Part shown: in pieces, positions 1 through 12,340 of the stretch
How positions within the stretch are numbered: position 1 is the stretch's first letter
How the letters are laid out: each line of letters starts with the position of its first letter
NCBI GenBank assembly: GCA_002269645.1
Contig: NIVC01003782.1
Coordinates: forward strand, 1 to 64,000
Direction of reading: 5' to 3'
Length of the DNA stretch: 64,000 nt
Source of the DNA: Macrostomum lignano
Lineage: Eukaryota
The notes under the pieces: generated by a model
What the model was told of the DNA's origin: nothing
Database searches by the model: none
The model's input: only the letters and a program-made list of their open reading frames with translations
Made by a program: the position numbers and the translations under genes

Positions 1-839
1 TCTTAGGACATCCGACTGTAGGTTGAAAGAGAGGGGTCAGTCTGCGGAGACAGAGGTTTGCTTTAGGACACCCGGCTACTGATATCCGGGGATAGAAATA
101 GCAAAATTTCGAAATCAGTTTTCACAAAGTAGAAAAAACTTTTTGCTACTTTTTCAATTGGCAAACATCTGCGTCATGCTTATTTAACCGAGTGTATTTT
201 CAATCACTATTTTGCATTTCACACACTCCAAACAGAAGTAAAATTAAAGCATTTATACTATACATTGTCAACCAAAAAAACTGTTAATTGATTCACCAAT
301 CTACATGTAATTTGATCAAAAACAGGCGATCCGCTGAATGAAGCGTGAAGTTTTCGCTCTTTTCTCTGATTTTTAGTTTTACGAGCGTAGATTATCTCTC
401 TCTTTCATACTGGAATTTTCTGGCAGCTCAACATACTCGTCCTTCAAAACATAAAAAAACACTTGGTTCAGCGATACTTAAGCCATAGAGAGATAAATTT
501 TCCTAAACGTAGAACTTCGACAAGAAATAAACTCTATATATCTTAAAAGTTACGTGTAAATATACTCGTAATTGCGCAACACTTTCCTTTGTGGGCTATT
601 AGCTCGACACTGATCTTCATTGCACGTACGCTTGTAGTGCTAGCAATGTGACGCTAGTCCATTATCGATTTATTCTTAGATTGCACCTTATCTGCCCCTC
701 CCCTGTCTAAGGGCCCTTCCCGGGCCTCTGAGTCAGCCCCATTCTCTCGAAATGATGTCCTGCTCCATTCACATGCGCTTTATCAGGAAAATAACTTGAC
801 CACCTTGCCACCCAAATCTTTATTCACCCCGGACAATTT

Positions 840-1150
840 AAGACCAGGAGATTTCAAAGCCCGATTTTGTTGTGCCTTGGATTATCCAGGGTAGGTTATC
901 GCAAAGCGACAATAATTTTGCTTTGCGATGTCCCCCGGATAAATTAAGACCCCGAAGAACAGAAAGCCTAACACCGGCGTTGTTCCAGACGGCGATCGAG
1001 ACTGTAGAGGTTTTACAACCACCAGACCTGGACGCTGACAGACACACTCAAACAGCAATTTGAAGAGACGCACACTAGCATGCTGCGCCCCCGCCTTCAA
1101 GATCGGTGACGAGAGAGTAACCAACGCGGCATTGCATCGCCGCATCACCG
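840..1150 (+). mobile_element. Degenerate non-LTR retrotransposon (RTE-like LINE) ORF2 C-terminal fragment
   Basis: Frameshifted translation gives ALFQTAIETV...TWTLTD... and AFKIGDERVTNAALHRR. This matches the better-preserved copy at 44.8-45.4 kb (LLRAAFKIGYERVTNAELY). Confidence 0.7.
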
Positions 1151-2577
1151 ATTGAAACTGCTCGTAGCATATCAAGCTTTTTGAAAGCAATATCGGCCCA
1201 GGCTCGATTCCAAGTTCAACCCAACAAGAACAACCCAACAAGGCACAGTGAAGTCCATTTGCCAAACGTTAATAAACTTATGGCCGCTGTATCCTCCTGT
1301 GTGAGTGTGTGCCTGTGCGTATGACTGCGTACGCATCCGCACGTTTGTGTGCCTGCTCAGGAGAGTTGGTGGAATGGGCAGTAATGGGTGTTAAATGACC
1401 ATGTCGCCTAAAGTGTGCTTGGGAGCACTAGCATCGACTCTAATAAAATCTAAATCTTATAGCTACCTACTTTTAGTAGGATAGAAAACTTTGGTCTAAA
1501 CAGCCATTAGAACAATATTGCCAGTCACGTGCTTGGGTAAGTGGTGAATCGTTTTGTGGTAAGCTCTTTATATGGGGGGGCGAGGTGCAGAGTAGCTCAT
1601 CGGACTCCAGAGCCTCCAATCCGCAGCAACATACTGCAGCAGCTCTTGTGCGTAAGGCATACTTTTAATGTGAGCTCCGGTTGCTGGATTCTCAGCAGTC
1701 ACTCATACAATGCGTATCTGGATGGAGAGATAAGAGGAGAGAGGAGAAATTGGAGATAAGACGATCGAGATGAAAGGAAAGAAGAGGGAGAGAGGAGAGC
1801 AGGAGCGGGCTATTGTGTAATTCATGTCTCACCCAAGTCTTACAAGTCTACTACTAGGTAGGCAGAAAAGTAGAATTTGGAGATTGTAAACTCGGGAAAT
1901 TTTGCTACTTTCTTAAGCTTACGTAAGGCTGATGACGGCTTGAGTAGCGTCACGTGCTACAGATGATGAGCAGTAAACACAGGTGGCCTATCAGACTCTC
2001 CTCTTGTTAGCTACTGATTCTGAAAAGGATGTACTGAACATTAAGTTAGCGCACGAGTGTCTATGGTCCTTGCCGCATGGATTTTCATGGCGTACTTATT
2101 AGCATTGTTTAGTTTATTTAAGAAGCCAATTAGCTCGTAGCAGTGCGTGAGCAGACTCGGTGTGATGACAATTTCCTCTCTGCAAATCCCATAGATTTAT
2201 TTCGTCTGGTGGAATCTCCAGCTCCATTTTCACGGCGGAAGTAACTTTTCTGAGTTTATTTGCTACAAAATGGCTGCAAAAAAAACAAAAACACAAGTAA
2301 GCATTGAACTCCGTTGTCTGAATAATTTTAACATATTTTATATTTGGAATTTGTTCTGAATGACACAGAGGCTGAAAAAAATCTGCCAGAAAACGTTACT
2401 ATTTTTTATATTCTTTTATCAAATCGTGGGAGAAACAGTGGGTTTTGGTTTTACTCGTAAAGCTTTTAAAAATTAGCCTTCAATTTATTGTCAATGTCAA
2501 CTAAGGGCTTAAATTTAATTGGCTAATCTTTAGCTGGTCGAAAAGGCTTCTAGGAACGCCCAAAATCAAAGCGCAAG

Positions 2578-2835
<258 letters not shown>

Positions 2836-2877
2836 ATAGATTTCTATCTAATGCTTGATTCGATACGACAGAGAAAC

Positions 2878-4020
2878 TCAAGTGCAGAATGCCTCCAGCT
2901 GCCGCAGTTCGCTCTCTGTCAGGGCCTCTTTTGCAATCGCGTAGCATATGAAAGTGCCCTTGAATGCGGAGGACTCGTGGCTGTACCCAAGACGCAGGCA
3001 CAGAGGGGGCCCGGAATATGCGCCGGAATCCTTGTTGACTTTTCGTAGAATTTTGCCGTCGTGATACAGCTTGGCTTTACTGCTACCAGTGAACACGGCA
3101 CCAATGGATAGAAATCGGTCGTCTTTGCCAATGACTTCCCTATCTGACTCGATTGTCAATTTAGTTTTAGCGAGACCGGAAACTGCCGGAAATGAGTGCT
3201 CGATTTCAAGATTTTCATGATCGATACCAAACACGCCATGGGCAATTGTGCTTGAGCAGTCGTAGAGATAGTGATATGTCTGCTTATCTTGATGGGGGTC
3301 TCTCTTGAGTCGAGCATAAATAGTAAAGTTGCAGTCCTGTCCGAGAAATTCGGGCCCAAGTGAGTTGGATTCAGTGTCCACTTCGATATAATTAACAGAA
3401 CTATCCGATAAAAACCTGGCGCCCGTGGAGTCGCGGGTTACGGAGCCACTAGGAGAAGCGGAGTATTTTCTTGAGTCGACGAGGTTTGTGTATCCCTGCC
3501 TGAAGTCGAGCAGAATGACCAGCTTCTGAGCCAAAGTGACATTGAGTCCAATAATACTCGTATTCGTTTCAGGAGTAGTATCAGTCTGAGTGGATGTTTC
3601 TGAAGTTGAACTTTCCGGAATTTCTGTAGTGGGTGATTCGGTAGTCGCAGTGGTGGCATCCCCCGCATAGACGAACAGCATTGGCCATTTCACGTGACTC
3701 TCGCACAAGTTGTACTCCGATTCATTCACTGGAGAGAAGAATTCATTGAGCTGATTCGAAGTTCCAAGAAAGCAGCTGGACGAAGAGTTTCGAAACAGCA
3801 CGGTACAGTTGCGCCGAATCGCGCACTCGACGAAGCAGGCCCTGATGTCTGCAGCTCCATCCATTTTGTCCAGCTCATTGAGCTTTGAGGCAATTGGGCA
3901 AAGTGCTGACTTTGTGAAGTTCACTAGCAGAGCTTCGGAGCAGTTGAATAGTTCAAGAGCAAACAAACATAGCAACAGCAAAGTTCTCATATTTGCTACC
4001 TTTGATAGCAAACTTTCCAA
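2878..4020 (-). CDS. Intronless predicted secreted protein: signal peptide, Cys-rich PAN/apple-like module, Thr/Ser/Glu-rich linker, concanavalin-A/LamG-like C-terminal domain
   Basis: Uninterrupted 380-aa ORF. Hydrophobic signal MRTLLLLCLFALELFNCSEA (the second Met near 3990 is a likely start). CFVECAIRRNCTVLF...CFLG pattern, TTATTESPTTE linker, and a beta-rich domain ending FKGTFICYAIAKEALTESELRQL, typical of LamG folds. Confidence 0.75.
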   Translation of the reverse strand: MESLLSKVANMRTLLLLCLFALELFNCSEALLVNFTKSALCPIASKLNELDKMDGAADIRACFVECAIRRNCTVLFRNSSSSCFLGTSNQLNEFFSPVNESEYNLCESHVKWPMLFVYAGDATTATTESPTTEIPESSTSETSTQTDTTPETNTSIIGLNVTLAQKLVILLDFRQGYTNLVDSRKYSASPSGSVTRDSTGARFLSDSSVNYIEVDTESNSLGPEFLGQDCNFTIYARLKRDPHQDKQTYHYLYDCSSTIAHGVFGIDHENLEIEHSFPAVSGLAKTKLTIESDREVIGKDDRFLSIGAVFTGSSKAKLYHDGKILRKVNKDSGAYSGPPLCLRLGYSHESSAFKGTFICYAIAKEALTESELRQLEAFCT

Positions 4021-5099
4021 TGAACAGATTTGCTTATTTGTGTGAGACCTATCTGCTAGAGCAAGCGGCAGTTAAAATACATTCTGAAGTCATGTTGTAT
4101 AGCCCAATCCCCAACTGCCATGTGTCAATTCACCCCGAGATATCCGGTCGATTAGTCCTAACTCTGCCACATACAATGGAACTCGCATCCGGCAGACAGG
4201 ACAGCGGACGTGTGTAATAGCTGAGGGTGTTGGGATAAAACTATAGGCTTTCCCATTTCCTCGCTTGCCTACGGAAAGATGCTTTGGGCCTGGTTTGATC
4301 AGTGTTCAGAATGATGTTTCCTGTGCGGCTATGCAGCGATAGTCTACTGGCGACTTGCTTTAGCATTTCCTGAACTGTTTCCTTGCATGAGCGTTTAGAC
4401 AAACCTATTGTTTGCTGCACGAATCGATATTCTTCCTTAGCTGGCTAAGAAACTGTGAGAGAGGTCCCAAAAATCGCGCGTTTCTTTATGACTGAAATTT
4501 ATGACTTGTCGCTAAAGATGCTGCTATGAAAAAGAAAGTGTGATATTTTAGCATTCTATGGTAAAAGTCCTGTAAAACCTAATGGTACTTTATAACGAGC
4601 AGAATTTCTGATTCAATTAGGATGATGGAAAAAGCTAGGTGGATTCCAATATGGAAGTTTAACAAATAGTTTTGCCAGTTACTCGAATTTTATGAATTAT
4701 TAAACGACTTTGGAAATATAAAAATACCAAATATAAAAATAGCATCAACAACCCTGTTCTATGGCTGATCCTGCTGCAGCGACCATGGGCTCTGATAAAA
4801 GTTCAAGCCCCAAACATATACTTACGTCGAACGCATGCACATTATCTGAAGCTGTGTATGTCCCCTGGCATCGCGAGAAGCGAGGTTCTTCCGCTTGAGA
4901 GTCACTCAAGCGTTCGTCAATATGGGCGACCAACTGATGATGTGAGTAACTGACATTCTGTTCCTCTTAGTGCTTGCTTTAATATTTTAATAATTAATAG
5001 TTATTGAAACAGCTTTTCCTATATTTTTGGAATACGCTCGTACATTTGACTCGGTTTTTGGTAAACAATTCAAAAAATGAGCCCGATAATTTCGGATCT

Positions 5100-6790
5100 T
5101 CTAAGTTCAATAGCATTTGAATGTCACAGTCTAACTTTTAGGGCCTTCTTGAACTTTAGGTAGATAAAATAGTTGCAGTTTCAATAGGATCATAATTTTG
5201 TCTCTATAGGGGTTTTTGATGGTGCTGATTTCAAATTAGAGCTTCATTTTTTGTAGCTTAAAGCCAACCACCGGGATATGGGGAATGGAGGGTTTTAGGG
5301 TAGGGAGAATCTTCATGGGGATTGATTTTATGTACCTAAACTTCAATAGAGGCATAGGGGTCTATTGAAGATTAGGTAGATAAATTCAGAGACTGAGAGG
5401 GATGGGGGGCAAGTCTCGGGGGGGGGGCAAGTCTCAAAGGGGGGCTGACAACTACACAACTACCAACAACTGAGGCATGGGGAATGGGGGTGTTAGGGCG
5501 GGGAGAATCTTCATGGGGATTTATTTTATGTACCTAAACTTCAATAGAGGCATGGAGGTCTATTGAAGATTAGGTAGATAAATTCGGAGACTGAGGGGGT
5601 CCTAGGGGGAAAATTTAAATGAAGCTTAAATTAAAAATTCAACAATTTATCAAAAACACAACCATGGAGAAGAAATGATAATCCTATCAAAACTAATTGA
5701 TATTAGCAGCTGTAGTTACCTTCGGAATGGAGACAACGCAGATTAGTAGAAATTAGTAGAGGTAAACAAGTAAAGAATGTACGGCTAGTAGTAATCAACA
5801 ATGAGAGAACAACAGCGAATCAAAAAGCGGGTGGCAAACCGTGAGTCAGCATTTTTAAAAACAGTAAACTGACATGACACTCTTGCTGCACTATAACAAA
5901 GTGAAGAAAAATTAGAATAGACACTATTTTTTTAGAGATAAAACTCGAACGTTTTAAATGTTTTTTTTAGAATAAATTCATCAAATTTTGGAAAATATTT
6001 ACATTAGAAAGTTATGATTCTAAAAAAGTTCAACTTTCAAACACACAATTCTCCAAAACTGCTTGGATCAAATTAACACTAGTTACATAGGAGATTAACA
6101 AATCGACCTCCTGTTACCTCAGAGGGTAATTTTTTGCAGTTTTTTGCTTTATTATCATTTTGGACAGCCTCTAAGACTCTGGCGAAAGTTTCAGAAAAAT
6201 CGGAAAATTGGAAGTATTTTACGTACCTAAAGTTCAAGAAGGCCACTTTTAGACTCATTGAAGCATGGTTGTGTCGTTTGTTAATAATGGAAGCTTTAAT
6301 CACTTGGCATATTTTGAACGCTAACCTAAAAAATACACTGTCGGTTAATACTTAACGAGAGGCGCGTCACAGGGCGCGCCTCTGTGCTTCTGTTGCGCCT
6401 CCAACCGAATCTTGCGCGCCTATTCTTGATGTTAGGGTGTCTGCAGCGCCATTAGCAATATCTGCACTGGTCCAATTGTGGACGGGATGATGTGACCTAC
6501 CAGCTGTGAGTTTCCGACGGTGGGAATTCTTGAACTGTAAAGATTAGGTAGATAGTTCTTAGACCTTAATTAGGAGGGGTGCCATGACCAAATAGTCAAT
6601 TAGCCAGGACCAATATCTGGGGCACGGGCAATAGGGGTTTGATGAAGAGATTTTTTATGGGGTTCCTAGTGGGCATAGGGACCTATTAAAGATTAGGTAG
6701 AAATATCTCGGACCTTGGAAAGTGCCATGATCAAGAAATCAACGGCCAAAAACCAGTGCATAGGGAATGAGGGATTTAAGGTAGATTTTT
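5100..6790. repeat. Degenerate dispersed/tandem repeat cluster with an aagattaggtaga / tacctaaa(c/g)ttcaa core
   Basis: aagattaggtaga recurs near 5368, 5566, 6540 and 6688. The block at ~5280-5400 recurs at ~5480-5600. The core also occurs inverted near 5140. Confidence 0.6.
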
Positions 6791-6910
6791 TATTCTTTTG
6801 ATCATTCTGGACACTTCCTAAATGCTTGGTGAAAGGTTCAAAAAATGGTTAATCAGAAGTTTTTTACATACCTGAGTTTCAAGAAGGTCAAGAAGAGTCT
6901 TAAGCTACAG

Positions 6911-7353
6911 GATCTGCCTGCTTGCGTCAACGCTTCGGTTCCATGTGGGGTCGTGGGAGCTAAAACTGCTGAGGTACGAGTAGACGAACTGCTGATAACA
7001 GCCTCGATGTCGTCAGGCACAACGCAAAAGCGATTTATCAACTTTCTAAATGCGTATCTAAATTGCTTGTAAGTATTGAGCTAAACAAATATTTGTTTTT
7101 CTACATCTCCTTATTCCACAGAGCGATGATCTGTCTAGGAAGTCTGCTGTTTGTCTGTCTTGTCATCGGTATGGTGCTGGGCATCCTGATCTGCTGCTGT
7201 GGAGTGGAGCTCTGCGTAACCTGCTTTGGTGGCAGGCAGCATGGACCTGTTGGCTACGGGTACAGCCCGAGTCCACACGGCGGTGGTGGCTCCTATCTTT
7301 TCTGCTGTTTGCCCTGCTGCTTTCAGGTCAACTGCACCAGAGGGCGAATGTAG
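6911..7353 (+). CDS. Small single-pass Cys-rich membrane protein, paralog 1 of 3 (probable exons 6911-7068 and 7122-7353; 5' end not defined)
   Basis: Acceptor ctacag|GAT at 6911, donor TT|gtaagt at 7069, acceptor ttccacag|A at 7122. The 53-nt phase-2 intron joins the frames as ...NAYLNCL-AMICLGSLLFVCLVIGMVLGILICCCGVELC...GGGGSYLFCCLPCC. Confidence 0.65.
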
Positions 7354-7675
7354 ATGGCTTTAATATCAGACATATATTATTCCATTTCTATTATTCGCTA
7401 TCGCGAGAGTCCGCAGAGATTTTATTAAACATTTGAAATGTTGTTTTGCTACCAATGCCAATTTATGTACAATGAGTGCTTTCCGCACTTTATTGAAAAA
7501 TAATACACTGGCTTGAAAATACTATTTTTCGTTTTAACTTATCTTAAAGAGAATAGTTGTTTTTATTGGTCAATTCAAATGTGCAAATTATCTAATTTAC
7601 AATATTGGATATTCTGTGTAATTGATTCTTGAATGACTTGTGAAAATTCCACCAAAGTAAGGATTAGTCGTATGG

Positions 7676-8372
7676 CAGGGAGTGAGGTGGCTGCACGAGC
7701 ATGGGGTGTTTGTGCGGCGGGGAGTGAGGTGGCTGCAGGAGCAAGAGGTCTTTGTGCGGCGGGGAGTGAGGTGGCTGCAGGAGCAAGAGGTCTTTGTGCG
7801 GCGGGGAGTGAGGTGGCTGCAGGAGCAAGAGGTCTTTGTGCGGCGGGGAGTGAGGTGGCTGCAGGAGCAAGAGGTCTTTGTGCGGCGGGGAGTGAGGTGG
7901 CTGCAGGAGCAAGAGGTCTTTGTGCGGCGGGGAGTGAGGTGGCTGCAGGAGCAAGAGGTCTTTGTGCGGCGGGGAGTGAGGTGGCTGCAGGAGCAAGAGG
8001 TCTTTGTGCGGCGGGGAGTGAGGTGGCTGCAGGAGCAAGAGGTCTTTGTGCGGCGGGGAGTGAGGTGGCTGCAGGAGCAAGAGGTCTTTGTGCGGCGGGG
8101 AGTGAGGTGGCTGCAGGAGCAAGAGGTCTTTGTGCGGCGGGGAGTGAGGTGGCTGCAGGAGCAAGAGGTCTTTGTGCGGCGGGGAGTGAGGTGGCTGCAG
8201 GAGCAAGAGGTCTTTGTGCGGCGGGGAGTGAGGTGGCTGCAGGAGCAAGAGGTCTTTGTGCGGCGGGGAGTGAGGTGGCTGCAGGAGCAAGAGGTCTTTG
8301 TGCGGCGGGGAGTGAGGTGGCTGCAGGAGCAAGAGGTGCCTGTGCGACACGGAGTGAGGTGGCTGCAGGAGC
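7676..8372. repeat. 42-bp minisatellite, ~16.5 nearly identical copies
   Basis: Unit gggagtgaggtggctgcaggagcaagaggtctttgtgcggcg. It accounts for the four repetitive ORFs at 7575-8419. Confidence 0.97.
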
Positions 8373-8780
8373 ATGGCGTGTCTTCAGCAACAAAAATGAG
8401 CTACTTGTATAAAAAATAAAAAAATCAGAAAACCCGAGTTAACTTTTGCTCGTATTTTAGAAATAGCTCGTATTGATCAAACACGCAAATAATGATGTCA
8501 ACGTATAACATTTCACGGAATTTAATTCTATAAATATATAGAATCTATGGCTGAGAGTTGAAAAAAACTAAGATATTTTTGGCAGAGCATAAAAGCGTTC
8601 AAGCGAAAATGCTTTTAAACAAACAAAAAACACCGCATGTCAGATCTGGCAGGAAGAGCAATTGACGGAACATCAAAATCATTTCCAACTCAAGCATGGG
8701 CGATGGAAATACAATGTGAGCATTCTGATTCTGAAATTGAACATTTCTAGGTTTTTCTAGGTTCTAGGTTGAATTCCAAG

Positions 8781-9075
8781 TTTTTTTTGTTACACCTGTC
8801 CTAATACGCAGATGTGCAACCGACAGCTCAGCCGCAGCTATTGCGCGGCGCATTTAAAGGCTGCGTACGGCCGTTCAGTCCAAGGACTGGTGGTGGGTCG
8901 CCACACAGACCCTCAATTACCCCAGCTAATGCTGGCACCCATTTTACAGCTGGGTGAACTGAAGCAATTCAGAAAGTTAAGTGTCCTGTTCCAAGACACA
9001 AACTGTTCCAAGGGGGTCGAGATTCGAACCCCAGACCTTTCAATCGCGAGTACGACGCTCTGACCACTAGGCTAC
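8781..9075 (-). mobile_element. tRNA-derived SINE with a CORE-like central domain
   Basis: The minus strand starts gtagcctagtggtcagagc (A box) ... ggggttcgaatctc (B box). The central cccattttacagctgggtgaactgaagc...gttaagtgtcctgttccaagacac (8938-9000) resembles the reverse complement of the MIR CORE. Ends in an A8 tail (8781-8788). Confidence 0.75.
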
Positions 9076-9249
9076 AACATACAAGCCCCTATTGAAGGTG
9101 CACTAGTAAAAATATTACATATAAAGTATTGCAATAGATCAAATAGTAGAAACTGGTGTTTTCGCTTGTGCTGATTTTAACTTTAGCTCGTATTATCCGT
9201 TTCTACCCAAGGGGATAGACATGCATTATAAGAGAAGGACTCCAAATGG

Positions 9250-9600
9250 GAGATGCCATTGAGCTTTAGCATCTCAGCAACTCCCCCTTGAGCCATGGCA
9301 TTTCGATCAGCAACTCCCCATTGAGACTTAGCATCTCAGAAACTCCGCACTGGGCCTTGGCATCTCAGCAACTCCCCCTTGAGCCTTGGCATCTCTATCA
9401 GCAACTCCCCCTTGAGACTTAGCATCTCAGCAACTCCCCCATTGAGCCATGGCATCTCGATCAGCAACTCCCCATTGAGACTTAGCATCTCAGCAACTCC
9501 CCCTTGAGCCTTGGTATCTCAGAAACTCCCCATTGAGCCTTGGTATCTCAAAAACTCCCCATTGAGCCTTGGTATCTCAGAAACTCCCCCATTGAAACTT
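9250..9600. repeat. ~29-bp imperfect minisatellite
   Basis: About 12 copies of ccttggcatctcagcaactcccccattgag. Confidence 0.9.
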
Positions 9601-9668
9601 ACTAAGTAAGTAATATAAAATTTATAAGATAAAAATCAGTCCAAGCCGAAAATTTCCCCAATCGTCAG

Positions 9669-10089
9669 AGCAATGATCAGTGTGGCAAGTTTGGCGTTCA
9701 TCTTCTTTGTCATCGGCATGGTGCTGGGCATAATGTGCTGCTGCTGCGGAATGCGGATGGGCTGTCTGGGCCGGCAGCCCGGCAGGGCTGGACCTGGTGT
9801 ACATGTAGTCAGCATTGGACAGTCTGGCCGTAGCGGCGGCTTCCACGCAGTCTGCTGCCTGCCGTTCTGCATCCGATGTACCTGCGTCAGGAAGCCCCAT
9901 CAGATTAGGCAAAGAAGTTTCTATCAACCGCCGCCTCCTCAGCCGCCACCGCCTCCGCCGCCGCCGCCGCCTCAGCAGGTGTACCGACCTCCTCAGCAAC
10001 GAGTCTACTACAACCCCCAGCCGAACTATCCCCAACTGAGCATGCCAATGCCCAATTATCCATCCGCACCGCCACCCTATACACCTTGA
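9669..10089 (+). CDS. Small single-pass Cys-rich membrane protein with a proline-rich tail and PPxY motif, paralog 2 of 3 (terminal exon; in-frame ATG at 9673)
   Basis: Acceptor atcgtcag|A at 9669. TM segment MISVASLAFIFFVIGMVLGIMCCCCG, a second Cys cluster CCLPFCIRCTC, a poly-Pro tract, and C-terminal YPSAPPPYTP. Confidence 0.75.
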
Positions 10090-10371
10090 ACTCCTGCTTA
10101 TTATATTGGCTTCTTATTTTGATTTTATTTCTCGTAAAATATAAACATCTTTTTGACAAATGGTTGCTACAAATTTTTGGCGTGTATTAAGCCGGCTTAT
10201 TTAGCCTTCTTAACGGCCCTTTGATCAAAGGCTTGTCGATAGAAATCAATCACTTTAGCTAAGAGAGGATAGCAATAGATAAAAAAGTAAACTTGGAAAT
10301 GCAGATATTTAGCTAATCCCTTAAAACTGGCTCACAAGGACTACTAAAGTAGAAGGATGCAACACAAAATC

Positions 10372-10786
10372 TATAGGAAATGAATGTTTTGAAGGCCACT
10401 TTTCGCCGAAAAATACACTAAGAAGATAGGAAGTTTTCATTTTTAAGCACAAAAATTGTTATTGCTTTTGATAGGAGGCAGACCCAGTGTTCATCTTTTG
10501 ATGCGTTGTGCCTTGATTCTATAGATATATTTCCTGTACCTAAAAATCCTAAAAATCTCTGTTACACATATTGTTACATGCAGTCAGCTAAGAATAATAA
10601 AATAGATTCATAAAAACAATGAGCTGAGCCGTGCGATTTTAATGGTTTTTAGGCACAGGACATATGCAATTGTACATAGAATCAAATATTAACATAGAAT
10701 CCCAATTTTCTGAACAAAAATGAAAACTTCCTATCTCCGTAGTGTATTTTTGGCGAAAACTGGCCTTCAAAACATTTGCCATAGAT
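10372..10786. mobile_element. Foldback/MITE-like element with long terminal inverted repeats
   Basis: aatgttttgaaggccacttttcgccgaaaaatacactaagaagataggaagttttcattttt (~10383-10443) is inverted at ~10715-10775. There is also an inner inverted pair at ~10516-10556 and ~10640-10684. Confidence 0.65.
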
Positions 10787-11129
10787 TACGAGTGTCGCGT
10801 CTTATATATACGTTGGCTTAGTGGTCCTTGGTGGCTCATCAAACCAGCTCTCTCGAAATCGGGCTTCCGACTAGAAGAGGCCATTGAAAAAACTTTTTGC
10901 AGGTGGTACACATGTAATTGCAATGCGAGACTACATGGTCAAAGGAATGTACTATTACATAATCAAATTTGCCTTCTCACTGAACTTGCAAGCATGAGAA
11001 TATTTGGATTAAAAAATGTACAATTTTTGCGGTAAATCTCGCAGAAGTCAAAATAAGGGAATAAATACATCAAGGGAAGCAGCTCATGCGCCATCACATC
11101 AGTGCTGACTGTACGTCCGTATTAATACT

Positions 11130-11560
11130 CTTAACCAGTACGCATCAGGACACATTAACTCACTGAAAGACACATCAGAACACATTAAGGCACTCTAAGA
11201 CACATCAGGACACATTAGCTCACTGAAAGACACATTAGGGCACATTAAGGCTTTCGAAGACACATCAGGACACACTAAAGCACTTTAAGACACATCAAGC
11301 GGGACACACCAAGGCACTTTAAGACACAACAGGACACAGTAAGAATTCCTAAGACACATCAAGGCACATTAAGACTTTCTAAGACACATCAGGGCACATT
11401 AAGGCTTTCTAAGACACATATAGGCACATTAAGGCTTTCTAAGACACATCAGGGCACATTAAGGCTTTCTAAGACACATCAGGGCACATTAAGGCTTTCT
11501 GAGACACATCAGGGCACATGAAGGCACTCTAAGACACACTTAGAAATATTAAAACACACG
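11130..11560. repeat. 30-bp minisatellite
   Basis: About 14 copies of aagacacatcagggcacattaaggctttct. Confidence 0.92.
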
Positions 11561-11967
11561 AAGACGCATTATATAAACTTTGTATTTGGCCAACGTCAGT
11601 ATAAGAGAGTATACTATAACATACACACACGCATGCACGAGATTAAAATGGCCGAGACATGTTCCTCCACCGATACAAGAAAGTGACTTTGTCTATGGGA
11701 CAACTACTATAATTGTCTAATTTTCATTAAAATAGCCCTCCCGTTTTCTACACCGTTTAAAACGACAAATGCCAAACGGTTTTTTACAATCAACAGGTTA
11801 AAAAATCAAGTTACGCACCGTGTCTCCATATAACGGCATGGTTATTGAGCACGGATCAGTTGACTTTTTCGACGACGATTGGAAAATGTAAGATGTTGAT
11901 TAATTTTTATGGGGGTATAATTTCGATTTATAATTAAAAATAACTGATTACATCTGCCTTAGAGGGT

Positions 11968-12152
11968 AGATGTGCAACCAACAGCTCAGCCGCAGCTATT
12001 GCGCGGCGCATCTAAGGCATCTCAATTACCCCAGCTAATGCTGCTGGCACACATTTTACAGCAGTTGGGTGAACTGAAGCAATGCAGAGTTAAGTGTCTT
12101 GCTTGGGACTAGGTACTCAAATTGTTCCGAGTGGGTCGAGATTCGAACCCCC
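11968..12152 (-). mobile_element. Second, internally deleted and 5'-truncated copy of the CORE-like SINE
   Basis: agatgtgcaacc(a)acagctcagccgcagctattgcgcggcgcat...aattaccccagctaatgctg...cattttacagc...gggtgaactgaagcaat...gtcgagattcgaacccc matches 8810-9032. Confidence 0.75.
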
Positions 12153-12340
12153 GGGGTACAGCCCCTAGAGTTGGTTGCTGTTGTCAAAGTCGTTGCGCCA
12201 AAACCACTTGCATAGCAACGTGAAGTTCGGAGAGTTTGTGAAAGCAGATAGGAAGTTATGGGGGGGGCTTGACTTTACTCCCCTAAACAGTCGAATCTCT
12301 ATAATAAACCACCTCTCTATGTTTAATCATTAACTAACAG

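Noticed and set aside
2190-2296. Possible exon with a hydrophobic stretch and a gtaagc donor at 2297
   Set aside because: No partner exons or recognisable homology.
4743-4943. Open frame between an ag and a gtgagt donor, a possible upstream exon of paralog 1
   Set aside because: Phase-compatible with 6911, but the peptide is not protein-family-like and there is no other support.
6358-6384. GC-rich hairpin gaggcgcg...cgcgcctc as a Helitron 3' end
   Set aside because: No downstream CTRR terminus or matching 5' TC end identified.
6134-6910. Similar peptides YFTYLKFKK and FFTYLSFKK, suggesting a protein repeat
   Set aside because: Both derive from the non-coding tacctaaagttcaagaagg repeat, which also occurs inverted near 5140.
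7575-8419. Four long repetitive ORFs on both strands
   Set aside because: The 42-bp unit is a multiple of 3, so several frames stay open. No splice or domain evidence.
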